Assembly: GCA_038328565.1 (NCBI GenBank)
Contig: JBBQMC010000001.1
Coordinates: 4,237 to 68,236, forward strand
Reading direction: 5' to 3'
Length of the DNA stretch: 64,000 nt
From: Candidatus Limnocylindria bacterium
GTDB lineage: Bacteria > Chloroflexota > Limnocylindria > QHBO01
Part shown: in pieces, positions 58,702 through 64,000 of the stretch
Layout: each line of letters begins with the position of its first letter
Position numbering within the stretch: position 1 is the stretch's first letter
Made by a program: the position numbers and the translations under genes
The notes under the pieces: generated by a model
Seen by the model: only the letters and a program-made list of their open reading frames with translations
Databases searched by the model: none
Told to the model about the DNA's origin: nothing

Positions 58702-60293
58702 GCGAGGGGACAACGCGCCTCCACCCGGTCGCCGCGTGGGCCGTCCTCGTCACCGCCTCGCTCGGCGTCTTCCTCGGCGGGGTCGAGCTCATGGTCGTCG
58801 CCATCGCGCTGCCGTCCATCGTGGCCAGCTTCGGCGGCTGGGCGGATCTCGGCCACGCCAGCTGGATCGTGAACGCCTACCTCCTCGCCTACATCGTCGC
58901 CATGCCGCTCGCCGGACGCGGCGCCGACCTGTGGGGGGCGCGGCGCCTCTACGTGGTGGCGCTGATCCTGTTCGCGCTCGGCAGCGCGGGTGCGGGCATG
59001 TCGCGCCTCGCCGGGCCGGCCACGGGGCTCGACTGGCTGATCGCGGCGCGCGTGGTCCAGGGCCTCGGCGGCGGCGCCCTCGTGCCGCTTTCGATGTCGC
59101 TCGCCAGCCACCTCTTCAGCGGCCGCACGCGGGCGGCGGCGCTCGGCATTGAGGGCGCGGCGACGTTCGTGGGGATGGCGATCGGGCCGAGCTACGGGGC
59201 GTGGGTCCTCCAGAACGTGAGCCTGCCGATCCCCGGCCTGGACCTCGTGAACTGGCAATGGATCTTCATCCTCAACGTGCCCGCCGCGATCATCACTCTC
59301 TTCCTGATCTACGTCATCGCCGGTGGCGTGGAGACCCCACGCGCGCGCGGCGGCATCGACGTCGTCGGCGCGCTGCTCGCCTCGGTCGCGCTCGTCGCCG
59401 GGGTCGGCGGCGTGACGCTCTCCGGCGCGCACGGCTGGACCGATCCCCTCGTGCTCGGCGCCCTCGCCCTCTTCGTGCTCTCCGGGGCGGCGTTCGTGTG
59501 GTTCGAGCTGCGGCGGACGCACCCGCTCGTGAACCCGCGCCTCTTCGCGGACCGCGGCTTCTCTGCCTCGAACGCGGTCAGCCTGCTCACCGGCTACACG
59601 CTGGCGACTGCCATCATCGGCGGGCCGGTGTTCGTCAGCCGCGTCCTGTTCGGATCCGATGGTCAGGCCGCGGCCGCCCTGACCGCGCTCACCGCTGCCA
59701 TCGCCGTCGGCGCCGTGGCGGGCGGCGCGATCACCGCCCTGGTCGGCGAGCGGCCCACCACCGTCCTCGGCGCCCTGCTCAGCATCGGCGGGCTCGTCCT
59801 CGCCCTCGGCTGGGGGACCGACACGGACCTGCCGCGGCTCGCCCGCGACCTCGCGATCTATGGCGCCGGCTTCGGGCTCACGGTGAGCCCCCGCGCGACC
59901 GCGGCCGTGGAGGCGGCCGGCGCATCAGCCTACGGCGTGGCGAGCGCGATGCTCCAGATCACGCGGACGATCGGGATGAGCGTGGGGCTGGCCGTCCTCA
60001 CCAGCATCGGTCAGAACCGGATCGACGAGCTGACGGCACTCGTCAACGACCCCGGGCGGCGCGACGCGCTCGTGCAGCAGCTCGGCCATCCGGAGTTCGT
60101 CGGTGTCGACCCGCGCGGCAGCCTCGCCCTCGTCGACGTGCTGGAGACGTGGTCGAAGGGCCAGGCGGCGCTCGTCCTCAACCTCGTCATCGCCATCGCG
60201 CTCGGGGTGGCGGTCGTGACGCTCGTTCCCGCGCTCCTGCTCCCCGGGCGGCGGCGCGAGCGCGCGACGGCCGGCCAGCTTGAGGTTGGCTAG
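58698..60293 (+). CDS. MFS transporter, DHA2 (EmrB/QacA, 14-TM) type
   Basis: GTG 58698 gives VSEGTTRLHPVAAWAVLVTASLGVFLGGVELMVVAIALPSI. Has the PLAGRGADLWGARR motif A-like loop and about 14 TM segments. Confidence 0.88.
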   Translation: MSEGTTRLHPVAAWAVLVTASLGVFLGGVELMVVAIALPSIVASFGGWADLGHASWIVNAYLLAYIVAMPLAGRGADLWGARRLYVVALILFALGSAGAGMSRLAGPATGLDWLIAARVVQGLGGGALVPLSMSLASHLFSGRTRAAALGIEGAATFVGMAIGPSYGAWVLQNVSLPIPGLDLVNWQWIFILNVPAAIITLFLIYVIAGGVETPRARGGIDVVGALLASVALVAGVGGVTLSGAHGWTDPLVLGALALFVLSGAAFVWFELRRTHPLVNPRLFADRGFSASNAVSLLTGYTLATAIIGGPVFVSRVLFGSDGQAAAALTALTAAIAVGAVAGGAITALVGERPTTVLGALLSIGGLVLALGWGTDTDLPRLARDLAIYGAGFGLTVSPRATAAVEAAGASAYGVASAMLQITRTIGMSVGLAVLTSIGQNRIDELTALVNDPGRRDALVQQLGHPEFVGVDPRGSLALVDVLETWSKGQAALVLNLVIAIALGVAVVTLVPALLLPGRRRERATAGQLEVG

Positions 60294-61003
60294 CCCGAGG
60301 TCACCGGGTCGGCGACGATGATCAGCTCGCCGTAGTTGCGGTTGAACCCCTGGCTGGTCTGCATCGTCAGCCGCTCATGGTCGGTCGGCTGCGTCCAGGT
60401 CGCACCCTCGCTGCAGTCGCCCTTCGCGTACTTGAGGGCCAGCGGCTCGGCATCGGGCGGGATCGGCGGGGCGCGATCGTCCGGGCATGACACGTTCGGA
60501 TGGACCTCCGTCACCCGGTAGACGAGGACGCCGCCGTCCGACATCAGGATCCGCACCTCCGCCCCGACCTGCACGTTCCACAGGTTCTTGAACAGCGGCA
60601 CCGGGACGTTCCGGGCGTGGGCGAAGATGTACGAGTTCGTGCCGCGGCCCGGCTGCGACGAGTTGCGCAGGATGTAGGCGCCCTGGAGCGCCGGGTCATC
60701 GTCGTTCTGCGCCGACCCTGATTCGAACACCTTCACGTTGATCCCGACCGAGCGGATCTCGAGCTGGACCGCGGTCGCGGTCGAGCCGAACGTCGGCGAA
60801 GGCGACGCGGTGGCCGTGCTCGACGTCCCGCTCGAGCCGCTGGGGCTCACGATCGCCACCGGGGTGCGGGTCGGGAGGGGGATCGGCGGCAGGCTGGAGG
60901 ACGGCGGCCGCCCGAGGTCGAGCTGGCCTGCGATGATGAGACCGATGCCCACCACGGCGAGCAGCAGCGGCACGATCGTGCCGGCGGAACGGAAGCGCCT
61001 CAC
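60290..61003 (-). CDS. Sortase-fold protein with Ser at the catalytic Cys position
   Basis: 237 aa with an N-terminal TM and a Ser/Thr/Pro linker. The His motif is NSYIFAHAR, followed by LWNVQVGAEVRILMSDGGVLVYRVTEV. RLTMQTSQG stands where sortases have L-T-L-x-T-C. The Ser codon is AGC at 60355-60353. Confidence 0.65.
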   Translation of the reverse strand: MRRFRSAGTIVPLLLAVVGIGLIIAGQLDLGRPPSSSLPPIPLPTRTPVAIVSPSGSSGTSSTATASPSPTFGSTATAVQLEIRSVGINVKVFESGSAQNDDDPALQGAYILRNSSQPGRGTNSYIFAHARNVPVPLFKNLWNVQVGAEVRILMSDGGVLVYRVTEVHPNVSCPDDRAPPIPPDAEPLALKYAKGDCSEGATWTQPTDHERLTMQTSQGFNRNYGELIIVADPVTSG

Positions 61004-61021
61004 GCGGCGGAGTCTAGCCGC

Positions 61022-61825
61022 ATGACCTCACCGACGCCCGACGCGGCGTTCGAGATCGCGTCGGCGGCGCTCGCCGCCGAACCCGCCGGCCTGCTCACCG
61101 ATCTCGACGGCACGCTGGCACCGATCGTCGAAGACCCGAACGCCGTGGCGCTCGACCCTCGCGCGGCCGATGCGCTGCGCGCGCTTGCCCGGCGGCTCGC
61201 GGTGACGGGGATCGTGACCGGCCGGGCGGCGGCCGACGCGCGCGCGATCACGGGCGTGCCGGGGCTCCTCGTCATCGGCAACCACGGCCTCGAGCGCCTC
61301 GATCCACGCGCCACGGAGCCGATGCCGGCGCCGGAGTTCGCGTGGGTGGCGGCGACGCTCGAGCGGTGGATGGCCGCCGTGCGCGCCGCGGTGCCTGACT
61401 CGGGGCTCACGTTCGATGCCAAGGGGTTATCGGCGACGGTCCACTACCGCCGCGCGTCCGAACCGGCGACGGCGCGCGCCCGGATCCTGGCGGCACTCGC
61501 GGCTGCGGCCGACGACCGGATCGAGGTGCGCGAGGGCAGGATGAGCGTGGAACTGCGCCCGGCGGGCGCGGGGGACAAGGGCGTGGCCGTGCGCGAGGTG
61601 GTCGCGCGCCACGGGCTGCGCGGCCTCGTCGTCGCGGGCGACGACACCACCGACCTCGACATGTTCCACGCCGCCGCCGAGCTCCGCGACGCCGGCCACG
61701 TGCGGGCGGCGATCCTCGCCGTGGGGGGCGGGTCCGAGGTGCCGCCCGCCGTCGCGGACGCGGCCGACATGGTGCTCGCCTCGGTCGCCGCCTTCGTGGA
61801 CCTGCTGCGGCGGCTCGCCGGCTGA
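61022..61825 (+). CDS. otsB: Trehalose-6-phosphate phosphatase (HAD)
   Basis: 267 aa with LLTDLDGTLAPIV (DxDGT), SGR-equivalent VTGRAA, and GDDTTDLDMF. Confidence 0.88.
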   Translation: MTSPTPDAAFEIASAALAAEPAGLLTDLDGTLAPIVEDPNAVALDPRAADALRALARRLAVTGIVTGRAAADARAITGVPGLLVIGNHGLERLDPRATEPMPAPEFAWVAATLERWMAAVRAAVPDSGLTFDAKGLSATVHYRRASEPATARARILAALAAAADDRIEVREGRMSVELRPAGAGDKGVAVREVVARHGLRGLVVAGDDTTDLDMFHAAAELRDAGHVRAAILAVGGGSEVPPAVADAADMVLASVAAFVDLLRRLAG

Positions 61826-61838
61826 GCGGCGGACCGGG

Positions 61839-63377
61839 TCAGCGGCGCTCGACGATCTCGGCGAGGTCGCTGAGCTGGTGACGCAGCCACCACGTGATGT
61901 CCTCCCGCTCGACGCCGGCACGGAGCCGCTCGAGTCGCAGTGCACGCTCAGGCTCGCGCATCTCGATGGCGTCGCGCAGCGCGTCGGCCGTCCCCACCAC
62001 GTCCGCCGGGGCGACCGGGATGACGCCGTCCGCCATCTGATCGTAGGCGCCCGCCGTCTCCGACAGGACGATGGCCGCGTTGCGGCGGCTCACGATCGCG
62101 GCCTCCTTGGCCACGAGGTTCATCCCGTCGACGAGGGGATTGATGAGGACGACATCGGCGACCGCGAGGCCGGCGAGCGCCTGGGCGTAGTCGTTCTCGA
62201 AGAACAGCTGGATCGGCCGATGGCCGGCGCGTGAGAAGCGCGCGTTGATGCGGTCGATCGTCGCCTGGACCTCGCGCGCGTAGTGACCGTACTCGCGCAG
62301 CCCGGTGCGCGACGGAACGAGGAAGGCGAGAAACGTGACCCGGCCCCGGTAGCGCGGGTTCCGCTGGAGGAGCGTCTCGAACGCGGCGAAGCCGCGCAGG
62401 ATGTTCTTCGAGGGCTCGAGGCGGTCGACGCGGACGATGATCGGGCCGCGGGCGGCGGCGAGCAGGGCGTCCGCGCGCCGCATCGCGCGCGGCGTCGTCG
62501 ATACGCGCCGCGTGGTCTCGGGGTCGATGCTGATGGGATACGCGCGCACGCGGGCGACGTGCCCATCGGGCAGGGTGACGGTCGCCGATCGGTAGTCGAC
62601 GGCCGCGCCGTGCAGGAAGGTCTCCGCGGTGCGCAGGAAGTTGTGCGCGTAGCGCGCCGTCTGGAAGCCGACCACGTCGTTGGCGGCGAGGCCGGCGACG
62701 ATCCCCTCCCGGATCACCGGCGCCATGACCTGCCAGATCGACGACGGCGGCCACGGGATGTGGGTGAAGTGGCTGAGCACCGCATCGGGGCGCGCGCGTC
62801 GGATCGTGGCCGCGGCGAGGTAGAGGTGATAGTCGTGGAGCATGATCCGGGGCGACCGGTCGCGGCGCGGCACCTCGGCCAGGATGGCGAGCGCCACGGC
62901 CTCGTTCATCGGCACGTAGCCCTGCGTCCAGGCGCGCATGGTGGCCACGTCGATGGACGGCCGCTCCGGGAGGTTCCACATCTGGTGCTGAAGGAACCAG
63001 AGGAGCGGGTTGGCGATGACGTTGTAGGCCGCGTCGTAGACGCCGCGATCGACGGTCGCGAAGCGCAGCCGGAGCCCCTCGTCACCGGTCGCGGCATCGA
63101 TCCGCTTCGGGTCCGCCGCCGCCCGCCGGTCCCCCTCGCCCATGGCCGCCGCCACCCACGTGACCGGCACGTGGCGGTTGATCTCGCCAAGGGCGGTGAC
63201 GAGGCCACCCGACCCGCGTCGCGGGCGGAGCGTGCCGTCCGCCCCGGTCGTGAACGTGACCGGGCCGCGGTTGGTGGCGATGAGCAGCCGGCGGTCCCCG
63301 AGCAGGCGCTCCGCAGCGCGAACGAGGGCGTCATCCGGACCGCGGGACCGCGAGCTCGGAGCGGTGCGCCGGGCCAT
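61839..63377 (-). CDS. otsA: Alpha,alpha-trehalose-phosphate synthase (GT20)
   Basis: ATG 63377 gives MARRTAPSS...RLLIATNRGPVTFT. Has ANPLLWFLQH, LHDYHLYL, VDRLEPSKN and LINPLVDGMNLVAKE. Confidence 0.92.
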   Translation of the reverse strand: MARRTAPSSRSRGPDDALVRAAERLLGDRRLLIATNRGPVTFTTGADGTLRPRRGSGGLVTALGEINRHVPVTWVAAAMGEGDRRAAADPKRIDAATGDEGLRLRFATVDRGVYDAAYNVIANPLLWFLQHQMWNLPERPSIDVATMRAWTQGYVPMNEAVALAILAEVPRRDRSPRIMLHDYHLYLAAATIRRARPDAVLSHFTHIPWPPSSIWQVMAPVIREGIVAGLAANDVVGFQTARYAHNFLRTAETFLHGAAVDYRSATVTLPDGHVARVRAYPISIDPETTRRVSTTPRAMRRADALLAAARGPIIVRVDRLEPSKNILRGFAAFETLLQRNPRYRGRVTFLAFLVPSRTGLREYGHYAREVQATIDRINARFSRAGHRPIQLFFENDYAQALAGLAVADVVLINPLVDGMNLVAKEAAIVSRRNAAIVLSETAGAYDQMADGVIPVAPADVVGTADALRDAIEMREPERALRLERLRAGVEREDITWWLRHQLSDLAEIVERR

Positions 63378-63379
63378 GG

Positions 63380-64000
63380 TCAGAACAGGCTGCCGGCTGA
63401 CGCCCTCAGGATCTGCACGATCGCGTTCGGCAGGATGCCGAGCGCGAGGACCCCACCCACGGCCAGCACGAGGCCGAGCGTGCCACTTGCCGACTCGTCG
63501 ATCGGCGCCGGGTCGTCCTCCGGCTCGCGCATGTACATCGTGACCACAACCCGCAGGTAGTAGAACGCGGCGAGCGCGGCGTTGAGCACGATCGCCACCG
63601 CCAGCCAGACGAGGCCGGCGTCGACGGTCGCGGCGAGGACGTACCACTTCGCGAAGAAGCCGACCGTTGGCGGGATGCCGGTCAGGCTGAGGAGGAGGAT
63701 TGCCATCGCCGCGGCGAGGCCCGGCGACCGCGACGCCAGGCCGGCGAAGGATCCGAGCCCGCCATAGCGGCGGGGGTCGCGCTGGAGCATGCCCACCACC
63801 GCGAAGGCCGCCATGTTCATGACCCCGTAGCCCAGGACGTAGAACAGGATCGCCTCGATCCCCTGGCGCTGGACCGCGGTCGAGGTGGCGGCGGCGAAGG
63901 TGGCGAGGCCGGCCATGATGTACCCGGTGTGGGCGATGCTCGAGTAGGCGAGCATGCGCTTCACGTTCGTCTGGGCCATGGCGACGATGTTGCCGCCGGT
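63380..64000 (-). CDS. nuoN: NADH-quinone oxidoreductase subunit N (C-terminal part; 5' end beyond window)
   Basis: The frame is open to the window end. KRMLAYSSIAHTGYIMAGL and GIPPTVGFFAKWYVL are typical of NuoN/antiporter-like subunits. The subunit assignment (N rather than M or L) is inferred from its being last in the operon. Confidence 0.75.
   Translation of the reverse strand, partial: TGGNIVAMAQTNVKRMLAYSSIAHTGYIMAGLATFAAATSTAVQRQGIEAILFYVLGYGVMNMAAFAVVGMLQRDPRRYGGLGSFAGLASRSPGLAAAMAILLLSLTGIPPTVGFFAKWYVLAATVDAGLVWLAVAIVLNAALAAFYYLRVVVTMYMREPEDDPAPIDESASGTLGLVLAVGGVLALGILPNAIVQILRASAGSLF

Noticed and set aside
58065-59522. 485-aa minus-strand ORF and other alternative-frame ORFs over the permease/MFS genes
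   Set aside because: Antisense to clear TM-rich plus-strand genes, with Arg/Glu/Asp/Gly-rich products.

Overview
High-GC (about 70% by eye, not computed) chromosomal window around the replication origin of a Terrabacteria-type genome. The gene content looks Actinomycetota/Chloroflexota-like: Ino1 plus PI/PIM lipid genes, an F420-type LLM oxidoreductase, DUF721/DciA and MshD-like GNATs. I can support about 60 protein genes, one tmRNA, a consensus parS, a DnaA-box/AT-rich oriC candidate between dnaA and dnaN, and the programmed +1 frameshift of prfB. Gene order: rplU, DUF2344, AI-2E transporter | rodA-mrdA-mreD (minus) | parS | parA-parB-gyrB-(2 small genes)-gyrA-prs-LLM-secA-(Cys-rich ORF)-prfB-ftsE-ftsX-ctp-smpB-ssrA (all plus) | two orphan genes | jag-yidC-yidD-rnpA-rpmH (minus) | dnaA-dnaN-recF-DUF721 | PstP-like pseudophosphatase membrane protein and a bifunctional nuclease | glycosylation island (Ppm-like GT2, DUF2723/TMEM260-like GT-C, and a ~1,600-aa fusion of two GT-C modules with a large inserted soluble domain) | pspC | ABC exporter with an intercalated micro-ORF | four tandem MshD-like GNAT paralogs (the fourth frameshifted) | PI/PIM cluster arsR-pgsA1-ino1-acyltransferase x2-PHP-pimA | degenerate-ABC/permease/MFS operon | sortase-like protein with Ser in place of the catalytic Cys | otsB, otsA, nuoN. 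I saw no rRNA, tRNA, CRISPR, transposase or integrase. The best candidates for something undescribed are the glycosylation island and the PHP phosphoesterase embedded in the PI/PIM operon, which could be the missing PIP phosphatase. All family calls come from motif recognition by eye; no searches were run. Many long ORFs in the track are antisense artefacts of high GC3 and are rejected below.
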